Origin: Candidatus Norongarragalinales archaeon
Lineage (GTDB): Archaea; Micrarchaeota; Micrarchaeia; Norongarragalinales; Norongarragalinaceae
Direction of reading: 5' to 3'
Assembly (NCBI GenBank): GCA_038884755.1
Contig: JAWABJ010000001.1
Span: 384,001-448,000 of the forward strand
Length of the DNA: 64,000 bases
Shown: positions 54,483 through 64,000 of the stretch, piece by piece
Layout: the number at the start of each line of letters is the position of its first letter
How positions within the stretch are numbered: position 1 is the first letter of the stretch
The notes under the pieces: generated by a model
The model's database searches: none
Told to the model about the DNA's origin: nothing
The model's input: only the letters and a program-made list of their open reading frames with translations
Position numbers and translations under genes: made by a program

Positions 54483-57407
54483 TCAAGACGAGTTGCCTTC
54501 TTTCCCTGGGGAAGGCGAAGCCGACGGGAAAACGCTGGGCGACGGGGAAACTTCAGGAGAAGGAGAGGGCGTAGGGGTAGGCTCTACCACGCCCGGCCCC
54601 AGGTACTCAAAAATTTTCACGGCGCCGTTGGGAGAGCGGAATGCAAGCTTGAAGCCCGGGAGTTTTTCGAAGAAAAACAGGCGCGTGAACGCCGAACGGA
54701 AAACGGTGTTGTTGATGTTTCCGAAGCTCAAGTCCGGGTTCAAGTTCAAGAAAGTGCCTTGGGAAATCGGGAGTAGGTAGCTGACGCTTTCATCAAGCTG
54801 TTCCACGGTATTGGGAGCGTTGGTGATGATGAATTTTCGCTTGTAGGAAGGGAGCAGCCCGTCTTGAGTCAAGACGTAGAGGAATTCGTTGTCGGCGCAG
54901 TACACCGCTCCGAAACTGCTTTTCAGCATGGGCAGGGGCACTGCGGAAGCAAAGTTGGGGCAAGTTTCGCTTTGGACCGTCAAATACTCGTAGTGGTGTT
55001 CGGCTTCGTACTGGCTTTGGCCCGAGCCAGACTGCCAGTTTATTTCGGGCGTTTCAGGGCAGGTGGGAGATTGTTCTTTGGAGCAAGTTCCGCTCAAAAA
55101 CACTAGCGCGCCCCACTTTCCTATCAAGTCTGAATCGACGAGAACGTGCGTGCCGCGGTGGAACCGCATTGTGTAATCCATGTCCTCGGGGTTTCCGTTG
55201 ACGAAAGCGCGCGCTACTTCCTGGTCGTACCACGGGTAGAGGTTGTTCGGGTCCAAAACAGAATTCGAGTCTCCGAAGAAAGTAATCCAATGCCCGTAGT
55301 CCCACCAGCTCAGCACTCGGCAGTCCCAACCGTGCTTCTCGCGGCAGGCTTGTTGGATTGCCGGGTCGAGCCTGTTGGTGTTGTGGTAGAGCCAACCCAT
55401 TGCGCTGACGGGAGTGCCTGAAAACGCTGGACTGAGTTCGGAAAACAAAACCCAGTCTGCGGGAATGCGCGTGAACTTCAGTTCGTCCATCGACTCGGGA
55501 ACCATCTGAGCTTCCGTGAAAACCACGCCTATTCCGACTAGCAAAACCAGAGCCAAAGCGTACTTGGAAATTTTTTCGAAGTTCGCAAGGTTGAATATTT
55601 TCCCGAGCATTTCGAAAGCGCGGAGAGACTCGCCCAGCACGAATCCGAACGACAGCGCGACTGCAAGCCCCAAGTGCAGCAGGAATTTCACTTTGTTCAG
55701 CCCGATGTATGCGACAGGAAAGAATATGAGCATGAACAAGAGTGAAGTGCGGCTCTTGTGGGCGGAGTAGAGGTAGTATATCGCCGTTGCAATGATGCCC
55801 GCGAGGAGGTATATGAAAACGTCGTTGCTCGCGAAAAAGTCTATGAAATCAACCAACGGCTTGAAACCGAGGGTTTTCGCCACGAATTTCAAAACAAAGT
55901 CCACTTGGTTGTTCAAAAACAACAGGAGCCCCGCGACAACGGCGAACACTATGGCGTAGTTCCTGTGTCCTTTGGAGAAGAGCGAGAGTATTGCGACTAC
56001 CGAGGCAAGCAAAGCGGTCAAAAGCAGCAATAGAGGAGGGTTCAAAACGCCGAACGAAGGCTGGAAGAAGGCGGGGGACGTCGAGCCTTCCTCTTGAATG
56101 GTTTTTCCCAACGCTCCGCGCGCGAAAGCCGAGCCCAACTGTCCTTGCACCACGTTCGCAATCGTAACCCAGAACGAAGACGCGATTACCACGACTGCAA
56201 GCACGAAAACTATTCCCGCGAAATACTGCAGCCTTTGCATCGAGGAGTTGGAGGGCAGGAACTTGCCCGCAGCCCACAATGCGATGGAAAACAACAGCGA
56301 CGCGAGAAGGAGGATTTGGTTGGTGTTCAGAAAGCTGAACCGCTCTCCTCCGGTGTAAATCGAAAACAGCAGGCTCGCTATCAAGGCACCTGCGACGAGA
56401 ATCGCGTTGGTTTTCACGAAGTGGTCGTCGAGCGTTCCAGAAACGTAGTCCAAAACCGACTGGAAGGCGATGTATACCGTGATTACCATGAACGGCCAGA
56501 TGTACTGCTGGCTTGACAAGACGACTGCCGCCATGGCAAAACCCGCAAGCAAGGAAAGCCTGTTGCTTTTCTTGCCGACTGCAAGAATGTAAAGCGCGAA
56601 GACAAGCAAAACCGTGAAAAGCCCGAAAGGCTGCTGTTCGCTCACGCCTGCCCCGAATTTCTTTATCAACTGCGGAAGGAAGGCGAAAACTCCGGCTATC
56701 ACCAGCCCCACGTGCTGGTTGTACTCTTCACGCAAAAGCAGGAACGCCAGGAACGCAAGCAAGGCGCCAGCGAGTGGCGGAACCATTTGTGAGAAGAAAA
56801 TGAGCATTTCCTTTGAGTAAGCCAAGCCGGCTATCGAAGCGTAAGTGGAATACCACGACGCTTGCAAGTAATGCATCAGCGGGGGAACGCGGATGAACAG
56901 CTCGTTGGGGTAGTATACTTCTGGTGAAAACGCGGGCATTGAGCCGTCGAGGACTATTTTTTCGGTTATTTTATCGTAAAAATAAGGGTCGAATTCGAAG
57001 AACGTGGGCGAGGTTGCTGTTGCAAAGCGGATGAAGAAAGACGCGGAAAGCAAAAGCAGGAGTATTATTCCCACGTAGTTTTTGGAGACAAGCTCTTTCA
57101 GCCCTTTGCCCAAATCAGGCTTGAAATCGCCGAGCCCGAGCTTTTGATTCTGCACGTGCAAGACTGCGACTGAAAGCAACAGCACCAAAAGCGCGTTGGC
57201 GAGCACAAGCATGAACGAAAAACCCAAACCCAGGAATAGAAATTCGAGAAAAAACAGCGTAGGAGGCACGAGGACGGCGAGCACCAATCCCATGAAAAGC
57301 TTGTCCCACTTGTCCAAGAAAGTGTTCTTGAACGCAGCGTAGGAAAGCAAGATTGAAGGAATGAAGTTGATTGCAACCAACGCGATAGCCGCTAGAACGT
57401 CTGCCAA
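54483..57407 (-). CDS. aglB: Oligosaccharyltransferase AglB/STT3
   Basis: EFDPY, TIQEE, WWDYGH, DLIGK motifs; many TM helices. Confidence 0.92.
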   Translation of the reverse strand: MADVLAAIALVAINFIPSILLSYAAFKNTFLDKWDKLFMGLVLAVLVPPTLFFLEFLFLGLGFSFMLVLANALLVLLLSVAVLHVQNQKLGLGDFKPDLGKGLKELVSKNYVGIILLLLLSASFFIRFATATSPTFFEFDPYFYDKITEKIVLDGSMPAFSPEVYYPNELFIRVPPLMHYLQASWYSTYASIAGLAYSKEMLIFFSQMVPPLAGALLAFLAFLLLREEYNQHVGLVIAGVFAFLPQLIKKFGAGVSEQQPFGLFTVLLVFALYILAVGKKSNRLSLLAGFAMAAVVLSSQQYIWPFMVITVYIAFQSVLDYVSGTLDDHFVKTNAILVAGALIASLLFSIYTGGERFSFLNTNQILLLASLLFSIALWAAGKFLPSNSSMQRLQYFAGIVFVLAVVVIASSFWVTIANVVQGQLGSAFARGALGKTIQEEGSTSPAFFQPSFGVLNPPLLLLLTALLASVVAILSLFSKGHRNYAIVFAVVAGLLLFLNNQVDFVLKFVAKTLGFKPLVDFIDFFASNDVFIYLLAGIIATAIYYLYSAHKSRTSLLFMLIFFPVAYIGLNKVKFLLHLGLAVALSFGFVLGESLRAFEMLGKIFNLANFEKISKYALALVLLVGIGVVFTEAQMVPESMDELKFTRIPADWVLFSELSPAFSGTPVSAMGWLYHNTNRLDPAIQQACREKHGWDCRVLSWWDYGHWITFFGDSNSVLDPNNLYPWYDQEVARAFVNGNPEDMDYTMRFHRGTHVLVDSDLIGKWGALVFLSGTCSKEQSPTCPETPEINWQSGSGQSQYEAEHHYEYLTVQSETCPNFASAVPLPMLKSSFGAVYCADNEFLYVLTQDGLLPSYKRKFIITNAPNTVEQLDESVSYLLPISQGTFLNLNPDLSFGNINNTVFRSAFTRLFFFEKLPGFKLAFRSPNGAVKIFEYLGPGVVEPTPTPSPSPEVSPSPSVFPSASPSPGKEGNSS

Positions 57408-57496
57408 AAACCCACCACCTTAGTTAAATTCGTTAAAAAAATTCCTAGCCAGATTACGAATACGATTTAGGTAATGCGGAGTTTAATAATTGTTTC

Positions 57497-59365
57497 TTAC
57501 GCGCCCAGCTGCGCGAACGAAGCCGGCTTCGCCGCTTCGGCTGGATCGATGAAAATCCTGTGCCAGCACTCTAGGGAAAACAGCGTCCAAAACCGTTTTC
57601 CCCAAAGCGTTTCCGTTTTTTTGGAATTCTCCAAAACTTTTTTCACGAAGCTTTTTTCCAGCAACCCGCGCTTTTCCACGCTGGCGTCGTCGAGCATCTG
57701 CCCGGCGATTTCGCCCAGCCCGGACGCCAGCCACTTGCGCGTTGGAACGTTGAAACCCTGCTTTTTCCTTTTCACCACTTCCTCGGGCAAAACGCTCGAA
57801 ATTAGCTTGCGCATGATGACCTTGGTTTTGAACCCGTCGACTTTCAACCCCGCAGGCAGGGTTTGCGTGAGTGAAACGAAATCGCGGTCCAAAAACGGCA
57901 CTCGCGGCTCCAGCCCGAAAGCCATGGACGTCTTGTTGACTTTCATCAGGTAATCGTCCGGCAAGAGAGTCTGCAAATCGAAATCCATCAATTGCGCAAG
58001 AAAATCGCCTTTGCCGAAAAACCCTTGCGTTTTGGAAAGGGTCTTGTTTTTCGAATGCAGTATTTGCGAGGAAAACAGTTTTTTCTCGCTTTCGGACAAG
58101 GCGGAAGAGTATGACAACGCCAGCCTGGCTTTGTCGCCAGAGTGTTCGAGCATTTCCTTCACCCTTTCGGAATCCCCGAAACTACCCATTGCGAAAGCAA
58201 AGTGCTTCAAGCGTCTGGCCACTAAATTCCAATTATGCAGCAAGTTCAAGCGCGCGTACCGCTCGTAGCCCCCGAAAACTTCGTCCCCGCCGTCGCCCGT
58301 GAGAATGACGGTGACGTGTTTTTTCGCTTTTTGCGCCATCAAAAACGTGGGCAGCGCGGCCACATCCGCAGCCGGTTCGTCCATGTGCCAAGCGACTTGC
58401 GGGAAAACCCCGTAATTCGAGGAATCCACACTCAACTCTGTATGCTCTGTGCCCAACGCTTCCGCCACCACGCGCGAGTACTTTTCGTCTTCGAAACCGG
58501 CGCCGAAATTGACTGAAAAAGTTTTCACTTTCTCGCTCAGCGAACTCATTACCGCGGCGGTAAAGCTCGAGTCCAAACCCCCGCTCAAATAAACTCCGAG
58601 CGGCACGTCGCTAAGCAAGCGCCGTTCGACGCTCTTCGCAAAGCTTCGGTTGAGCTCGAGAATCCACTCGCGCTCGGTTTTCTGCGCTGGCGAGGCGGGG
58701 GGGAGGGAAAAGAAGGTTTTCTTGCGCAAAACGCCTTTCTGGAAAACCACGGTTTCCCCAGGCTGGACTTTGAATATGCCTTCGAAAAGCGTTTGAGGGC
58801 CTAGCGTGTATTGGAAGGAAAGGAAGTCGTTGAGAGCTTCCAAATTCACTTTGCGTTTTACTCCAGCCGCAAGAATTCCCTTGATTTCCGAAGCGAAGTA
58901 AAACAACCCGTTTTCGCGGTCGAAATGGTAGTAAAGCGGGCACACTCCCGGAAAATCTCGGGACAACATCAGGCTTTTTTTCTTTGAATCCCACAAGGCG
59001 AAAGCGAAATCCCCGCGCAAGCGAGAAACGAAGTCTTCGCCCCACTGTTCGTAAGAATGCAAAAGCACTTCAGTGTCGCTATCGCTTTTGAACCGGTGTT
59101 TTCCGTACGCTTGCAAAAACCTGCGGAGTTCCTTAAAGTTGTAAATCTCGCCGTTGAACACCACCCAAATCGTGCCGTCTTCGTTGCACATCGGCTGCTT
59201 CCCCCGCGCGCTCAAGTCTATTACCGCAAGACGGTTGTGAGCAAGGGATATTCCCTTGTCGGTGAAAACTCCGTTCGCGTCCGGCCCGCGATGGCGAATA
59301 GCGTAAGCCATTTTCAAGACGAGCGCCTTGTCCCACGCGCCTGCAATGCCGCAAATTCCGCACAT
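57497..59365 (-). CDS. asnB: Asparagine synthase-family glutamine amidotransferase
   Basis: MCGICG, HRGPD, NGEIYNF, LSGGLDSS, GDGGDE.FGGY, R.PFLD. Confidence 0.93.
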   Translation of the reverse strand: MCGICGIAGAWDKALVLKMAYAIRHRGPDANGVFTDKGISLAHNRLAVIDLSARGKQPMCNEDGTIWVVFNGEIYNFKELRRFLQAYGKHRFKSDSDTEVLLHSYEQWGEDFVSRLRGDFAFALWDSKKKSLMLSRDFPGVCPLYYHFDRENGLFYFASEIKGILAAGVKRKVNLEALNDFLSFQYTLGPQTLFEGIFKVQPGETVVFQKGVLRKKTFFSLPPASPAQKTEREWILELNRSFAKSVERRLLSDVPLGVYLSGGLDSSFTAAVMSSLSEKVKTFSVNFGAGFEDEKYSRVVAEALGTEHTELSVDSSNYGVFPQVAWHMDEPAADVAALPTFLMAQKAKKHVTVILTGDGGDEVFGGYERYARLNLLHNWNLVARRLKHFAFAMGSFGDSERVKEMLEHSGDKARLALSYSSALSESEKKLFSSQILHSKNKTLSKTQGFFGKGDFLAQLMDFDLQTLLPDDYLMKVNKTSMAFGLEPRVPFLDRDFVSLTQTLPAGLKVDGFKTKVIMRKLISSVLPEEVVKRKKQGFNVPTRKWLASGLGEIAGQMLDDASVEKRGLLEKSFVKKVLENSKKTETLWGKRFWTLFSLECWHRIFIDPAEAAKPASFAQLGA

Positions 59366-59366
59366 G

Positions 59367-60485
59367 CTAACGCCTTTCCAAGCTTTCGGCAAGCGAAATT
59401 ATTTCCTTCGCCGCTTTTTTCCACGTGAATTTCGTCGAAACCATTCTAAACGCGTTGTCCGCCAGTCTTTTCGACAAGCGCGGGTTCGCAAGCAAGTGGT
59501 TTAACGCCAACGCCAGCGCCTTCGCATCCCCCGGCTTTACTACAAGCGCGGTTTTTCCGTTCTCAACCGGCAGCCCTATGTCCGTAACCACGCACGGCTT
59601 TTTCGAGGCGAAAGCCTCGAGCATGGCAATCGGCAGTCCTTCGCTTAACGACGGAAGGACGAAAATGTCGCATTCGGCCAAAAGTTTTTCCGGATTCTTC
59701 ACTTGACCCAGAAACTTCACGTTGTTCAAGTTTTTTTCCGCAACCGTTTTTTGCAACAGCGGCTTTTCCGGCCCTTCGCCGGCAATGAGTATTTCGGCAG
59801 GCACGCCCGAGGCTGCTTCGACCAAAAACTTCGCGCCTTTCACTGGCAACAACCTTCCCAAAAACAGCACTTTCTTTTGCCCCGACTTTCTCGCCGTCTT
59901 TCGCGTTACTATCTTGAATCCTTCCAGGTTTACGCCCGTGTTTATTACGCGATAGCGTTTGGGAAGGAAACCCATTTTTTTTTCGAACGACTTCACTTCC
60001 TCGTCGCTCAAGAACACTACGGCGTCCGCGTGCGAGTAAGCGGTTTTTTCCATCGCGTTCAACAGGGTTTTAACGAAAAAATTGTATTGAGGCTGCACCC
60101 AAGCCACGCCTGCAGGCCTCGCTATTACTGGCGTGCGCTTGAAAAAGCGCAGCGCGAGCCCGGCGAGCGTGGCCATCACGCCGTTCGCAAAAACCACGTC
60201 GAAATCCAAGCGCATGCTTTCGCGCAGGGAATTGAAGTTGAACGAAGGGTTGCGCAGCAAAAACCCGTTCAACCATCCAACCCTTCGCACTGAGACACCA
60301 TTTTTTTCCTCAAAGCTTTTTTGTCCCGGGAATTTTCTCGTCACGACTAATGGTTTTTCCCCCTTTGCGGCCAAGGCGGCCGCCAAATCCTGCGTGTACC
60401 GCTCCATTCCGCCCGAAGGCAAGAGGTCAAAGCCCCGGCTGGCGCCCACGGGGTATTCCTTCGAGCCGAGAATCAAAAACCGCAT
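59367..60485 (-). CDS. Glycosyltransferase family 4
   Basis: GGMERY, GRL...KG, PSLSEGLPIAMLEA. Confidence 0.92.
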   Translation of the reverse strand: MRFLILGSKEYPVGASRGFDLLPSGGMERYTQDLAAALAAKGEKPLVVTRKFPGQKSFEEKNGVSVRRVGWLNGFLLRNPSFNFNSLRESMRLDFDVVFANGVMATLAGLALRFFKRTPVIARPAGVAWVQPQYNFFVKTLLNAMEKTAYSHADAVVFLSDEEVKSFEKKMGFLPKRYRVINTGVNLEGFKIVTRKTARKSGQKKVLFLGRLLPVKGAKFLVEAASGVPAEILIAGEGPEKPLLQKTVAEKNLNNVKFLGQVKNPEKLLAECDIFVLPSLSEGLPIAMLEAFASKKPCVVTDIGLPVENGKTALVVKPGDAKALALALNHLLANPRLSKRLADNAFRMVSTKFTWKKAAKEIISLAESLERR

Positions 60486-60500
60486 GCCAACCACTAGAAT

Positions 60501-60556
60501 TATGTAAAGCTTTACATACATTATGTTAATAAAGCTTTACAATTTGTAAAGTTTAC
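60501..60556. promoter_or_regulatory. Three copies of a GTAAAGCTTTAC-type palindrome
   Basis: TATGTAAAGCTTTACATA (60501-60518), TAAAGCTTTA (60530-60539), GTAAAGTTTAC (60546-60556). Confidence 0.6.
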
Positions 60557-61965
60557 CTTCCTTTTTTATGCGGGGGTTTCGCAAGCTTTGCTGCAAGCTG
60601 GTGCTTTAAGCGCGTGAAAAGCTCTTCGACAATTTGCTTGTTCACAAGGTAGGTGGTCATTGCGAAGGCGAAGAGAGCAATTGTCTTGGGAATGAACCCG
60701 CCTTGCTCAAAGAAAACAAGGTATGCGATTACAAAAATGCTGAACGAGGCGTATTGCGGTAATAATTGTTTTATTTCAACACCATACCTGGTTTTGAGGT
60801 AGTAAAAACTTATTGCGGCGACGAACAAGTAAGTCAAAAAGTTTGCCCAAGACGCGCCGACTGCGCCATAAAGCGGCACGAGCCAAAAATTGAATGCTAT
60901 GCTCAATACAGTGAGGAGAGAAATCAAAAAACCTGCAATCTTAGTTTTACCCATTGCAGTTGCTGAATACCAGTTCAAGCTGTACAGGGTCATTAGCGGC
61001 AAGGCGAGAGAAAGAATTTTGAAAGGCAAGATCGCATTTTGAAAATCAGACCCTAGAAGGATTGTTACAAAAATGTCTGAATAGTAAAAGAAAATCAAGC
61101 CCACAGCACTTAGAAGGATTGCGTTGGCGTGGCTTATTTTATTATAATAAAACGACAGTTTTGATTCTTGTCGTATGATTCGAGGCATCATTATGGTCAG
61201 TAACGCCGTGGAGAAAGGCAGGACTGCCGCAATCATGGAATAAGCGATGTCGTAAAACCCGACTTCGGCAACGCTCTTGAAAGCGGCAAGAAGATAGCGG
61301 TCCGCCACCAAGAGAAACGCGCCGAAAAAGCCGGCGACGGCAAGCGGGGCTGAATATCGGAAGACTTTCTTGAATTCCGCCAAGTCCGGCTTTCCAAGAG
61401 CGTTCAGCGCGGCCAAGCCCGCAATCGAAACAGCCAGTATTGCTAAGTTGCGCCCCCACGAAGCAAAAACGCCGTCGCCGGTGTAAAAGGCTATTGCAGC
61501 CGCGGCAAGCCCCGCCAAAAGAGCCGACGCGAAAGAGTAGACGCTGAAGTGCGAGAATTTCTCCAGCCCTTGCTGCGCCGCCTGCAGAATGAAGAAAAGA
61601 GAGAGGGCTATGGAAAGCACGAACGAGGCTGTGAAACCGTCGAAACCGAGGGAGGGAGCGAAAAACAAAATCACGAATTGCAGGGGGGAGAACAGAACGA
61701 GAGAGAAAACCAGGAGGAATCCGGACGCGCCGGACACTATCTGCTTGGTTTTCCCTGGGTTTTTCGCCGTGAAATACAAAACCCCGGAATTCAAGGAAAA
61801 CAGCGTGAAAGAAAGTATTACGTTGGCAGTGCTCAAAACCAGGGCGAACAAGCCGTACTCGGCTGGACCGAGAAACCTTGCGGTGAGCGGGCGCAGGAAA
61901 AAGCTTGCGGCCAAAACCAGCGCCTGCGCCGCAAGCACGTAAAGCGTGCTTTTCAAGAATCCCAT
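60553..61965 (-). CDS. Oligosaccharide flippase (Wzx/MOP family)
   Basis: RFLGPAEYG, D..L, VGFY, LVPLYGAVGA; 12-14 TM helices. Confidence 0.9.
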   Translation of the reverse strand: MGFLKSTLYVLAAQALVLAASFFLRPLTARFLGPAEYGLFALVLSTANVILSFTLFSLNSGVLYFTAKNPGKTKQIVSGASGFLLVFSLVLFSPLQFVILFFAPSLGFDGFTASFVLSIALSLFFILQAAQQGLEKFSHFSVYSFASALLAGLAAAAIAFYTGDGVFASWGRNLAILAVSIAGLAALNALGKPDLAEFKKVFRYSAPLAVAGFFGAFLLVADRYLLAAFKSVAEVGFYDIAYSMIAAVLPFSTALLTIMMPRIIRQESKLSFYYNKISHANAILLSAVGLIFFYYSDIFVTILLGSDFQNAILPFKILSLALPLMTLYSLNWYSATAMGKTKIAGFLISLLTVLSIAFNFWLVPLYGAVGASWANFLTYLFVAAISFYYLKTRYGVEIKQLLPQYASFSIFVIAYLVFFEQGGFIPKTIALFAFAMTTYLVNKQIVEELFTRLKHQLAAKLAKPPHKKGR

Positions 61966-61991
61966 TTAACCATGCACAACCAAGTTTCTTA

Positions 61992-63290
61992 TCAAAGCTC
62001 GGCTAAAGTTTTTTTCGCCGTAATAGCGACTTGTTTCATTTGCTCTTCCGAAAGCCCAGGGTGGTTAGGCAAGGCTATCGAACGCCACCAGACGTCTTCG
62101 GTAACAGGAAGCGTCTCACCACGTTTTTCGGCTGAAGAAAAGCGCAGTCGCAGGGGAACGTAACACCACTCGCATTCCACTCCGCGTTGAGCCATGAGCC
62201 TCACGAACTTGCGAAGTTCTGGCCAAGGTTTGGTCCGTCTGCTTTCTCCTTTTTTCGGAAGGCGGACAGCGAATTTGTAGAAAACGTGCTGCTTTTCGAA
62301 ATCGGGAAGCTCGAACTCGCTCGAGGCAAGCACGTCCAGCAAGATTTTCGCGTTCCTACGGCGCAAAGCGTTTATTTTCCCTACTTTGCGCAGTTGCGCA
62401 GAAGCTATTTCGGCGTCGAGGTTGGAAAGGCGGGAGTAGGTTTTCACCGCCTTCCTGCCGAGCTTTTGCTGCGCGAGGTATTTCAGCGTGAGGAAAGGCA
62501 AAAACGTCTTGCGGTGGGAGTAGCGCATGGCGCAGTCGACAAGTCGAAAAATTAGAGTGGAAGTTTTTTCGGAAGGAAGGCTTTCGGCGATGGAAAGCGC
62601 TTTACGCACTGCCGGGTGGGAAGGGTTCGAGGAAACTATCATCCCGCCTGCGGTTGCTGTTATCGCCTTCGCGCCGAAACTGTGCACTCCTGCAATGCCG
62701 AAGTTGCCGACGGGCTTTCCGTTCTTGCTTGCGCCAAGACATTGGGCCGCATCGTCGACCAAAAAAACGTTTCCGTTGTCCTGCATTTTGGGAAGTTTTT
62801 TTTCGAAAACATCGAGGGCGGCCGGCTTTCCATAGAGGCTCGGAACCAAAACTGCGAGGGTTTTCCCGGAAATTTTTTCGAAAGCGCTTTCGGGGGAAAG
62901 GTTGTAATCAAAACCGATGTCGGCGAAAACAGGCTTGAGCCCCGCGTTTTGCACGGCATACAACACCGAACCGCAGCAATACGAGGGAATGACAACTTCG
63001 TCCCTCTGCCTTTTGCCTTCGCTTTCTTTCAACGCTCGCAGTATGCAGTACAATCCTGCTTCGCCACTGTTTACTCCCTTCGCGATGCGCGCGTCCAGAG
63101 TGTTTTCGAACTGACGTTCCAAAAGCCCTACCGCATTTCCGCTTGCAACCGCGCCGGACGAGAGGCAGCTCCAAACCGTAGCGTATTCTCGCGAGTCCCA
63201 GCTTGAGCTGGAAAAGGGCACGGAGTAGAACTTCCTGAACAGCGCACGCGCTTTTTCCGGAAAACTTTCGTAGAAAACGTCGTCTTGCAT
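61992..63290 (-). CDS. DegT/DnrJ/EryC1/StrS sugar aminotransferase
   Basis: DEVVIPSY, PVFAD, DDAAQ, SFGAK.I..AGG, IALP. Confidence 0.88.
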   Translation of the reverse strand: MQDDVFYESFPEKARALFRKFYSVPFSSSSWDSREYATVWSCLSSGAVASGNAVGLLERQFENTLDARIAKGVNSGEAGLYCILRALKESEGKRQRDEVVIPSYCCGSVLYAVQNAGLKPVFADIGFDYNLSPESAFEKISGKTLAVLVPSLYGKPAALDVFEKKLPKMQDNGNVFLVDDAAQCLGASKNGKPVGNFGIAGVHSFGAKAITATAGGMIVSSNPSHPAVRKALSIAESLPSEKTSTLIFRLVDCAMRYSHRKTFLPFLTLKYLAQQKLGRKAVKTYSRLSNLDAEIASAQLRKVGKINALRRRNAKILLDVLASSEFELPDFEKQHVFYKFAVRLPKKGESRRTKPWPELRKFVRLMAQRGVECEWCYVPLRLRFSSAEKRGETLPVTEDVWWRSIALPNHPGLSEEQMKQVAITAKKTLAEL

Positions 63291-63303
63291 GAAAAACAAC
63301 TCT

Positions 63304-63900
63304 TTACTTATCAATATCTTTAACAGCGTTGAACCTTTTTTTGTTGAACGGGTTGGTTTCAATCTCGAACCCGCGCATTTCGAAAAACCTGCGGGAGTAG
63401 CACGTGTAGTGCGGCTTTCCGGCCAAGTTCAAAAGCCGCGTGCGCAACCCATAAACGATTCTTCCGCCGGGGTAAGCGCTCGCGTCGGCAACATCGCCAA
63501 CAAGTATTCTCCCTCCTTTCTTGCAAACGCGCTCTAATTCCGCCAGCGCCTTCAACGCGTAATCGCGAGGGTAGTAGATGAACGTAGAGTAGGACAGCAC
63601 GCGGTCGAAAGAGTTGCTTGCGAAAGGCAAGTCCGCCGCCTCGCCCAAAACGAACCGCGCGCGCGGGTTGTTCGCCTTCGCTTTGTCCAGGCTTGGCTTC
63701 GAAAAATCCAATCCGGTCTTGCTTTTTGCAGGAAGCTTCGCGAGCAGCGAACCGGCACCACAGCCCACGTCCAAAAGCGTTTCCCTTCCGCTTAGCGTCA
63801 GGAGCCGTGAAACGTGCTCTGCTTCCTTCGCGTCATCGTGCTCGCCGCCCCCGCGCTTTTCGTACCCTTTCCTCCAAAAATCAACGATGTCAACGCCCAT
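63304..63900 (-). CDS. Class I SAM-dependent methyltransferase
   Basis: LDVGCGAG, GLDFS, LPFASNSFD, RVCKKGG. Confidence 0.9.
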   Translation of the reverse strand: MGVDIVDFWRKGYEKRGGGEHDDAKEAEHVSRLLTLSGRETLLDVGCGAGSLLAKLPAKSKTGLDFSKPSLDKAKANNPRARFVLGEAADLPFASNSFDRVLSYSTFIYYPRDYALKALAELERVCKKGGRILVGDVADASAYPGGRIVYGLRTRLLNLAGKPHYTCYSRRFFEMRGFEIETNPFNKKRFNAVKDIDK

Positions 63901-63920
63901 TCAAACACCAAGATTGTAAT

Positions 63921-64000
63921 CTAAAACCTCTTGTCGCCCAAAACTTTCTTGAGCTCGCGCGGGGTCGGAAAGTTGATGAGCACAGCGCGGTTGTTGCTCA
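63921..64000 (-). CDS. 3' end of a gene starting beyond the window
   Basis: Open frame SNNRAVLINFPTPRELKKVLGDKRF* colinear with the glycosylation cluster. Confidence 0.4.
   Translation of the reverse strand, partial: SNNRAVLINFPTPRELKKVLGDKRF

Noticed and set aside
1..64000. CRISPR array, rRNA genes or IS transposases
   Set aside because: No regularly spaced direct repeats, rRNA signatures or transposase motifs were seen.

Overview
Gene-dense archaeal chromosomal segment. FEN1, NAC, archease, MBF1, NucS, eS26, AglB and intron-containing tRNAs mark it as archaeal. The many bacterial-type salvage enzymes (type II PanK, MetK, NadD, RpiB, PyrE) and small Cys/Pro-rich surface proteins suggest a DPANN organism, plausibly Micrarchaeota (inference). 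It holds about 80 CDS, including a non-oxidative pentose phosphate cluster interrupted by a pilin-like gene, a RelE-type toxin-antitoxin pair and an N-glycosylation cluster (AglH, AglB, AsnB-like, GT4, Wzx, DegT, MTase). There are four tRNAs. Three carry 56-59 nt introns, including a tRNA-Val(CAC) with a strict bulge-helix-bulge intron in the T-loop (59/60). A truncated tyrosine integrase relic lies beside tRNA-Leu, and several genes are broken. No rRNA or CRISPR array was seen. The most notable observations are an arthropod-pacifastin-like protease-inhibitor module inside a large surface beta-propeller lipoprotein, the T-loop intron, a degenerate riboflavin-synthase-like protein, a stand-alone HPF-like protein, a VPE-type C-terminal sorting signal and several operator-like palindromes. 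All assignments are by eye from motifs; no searches were run.
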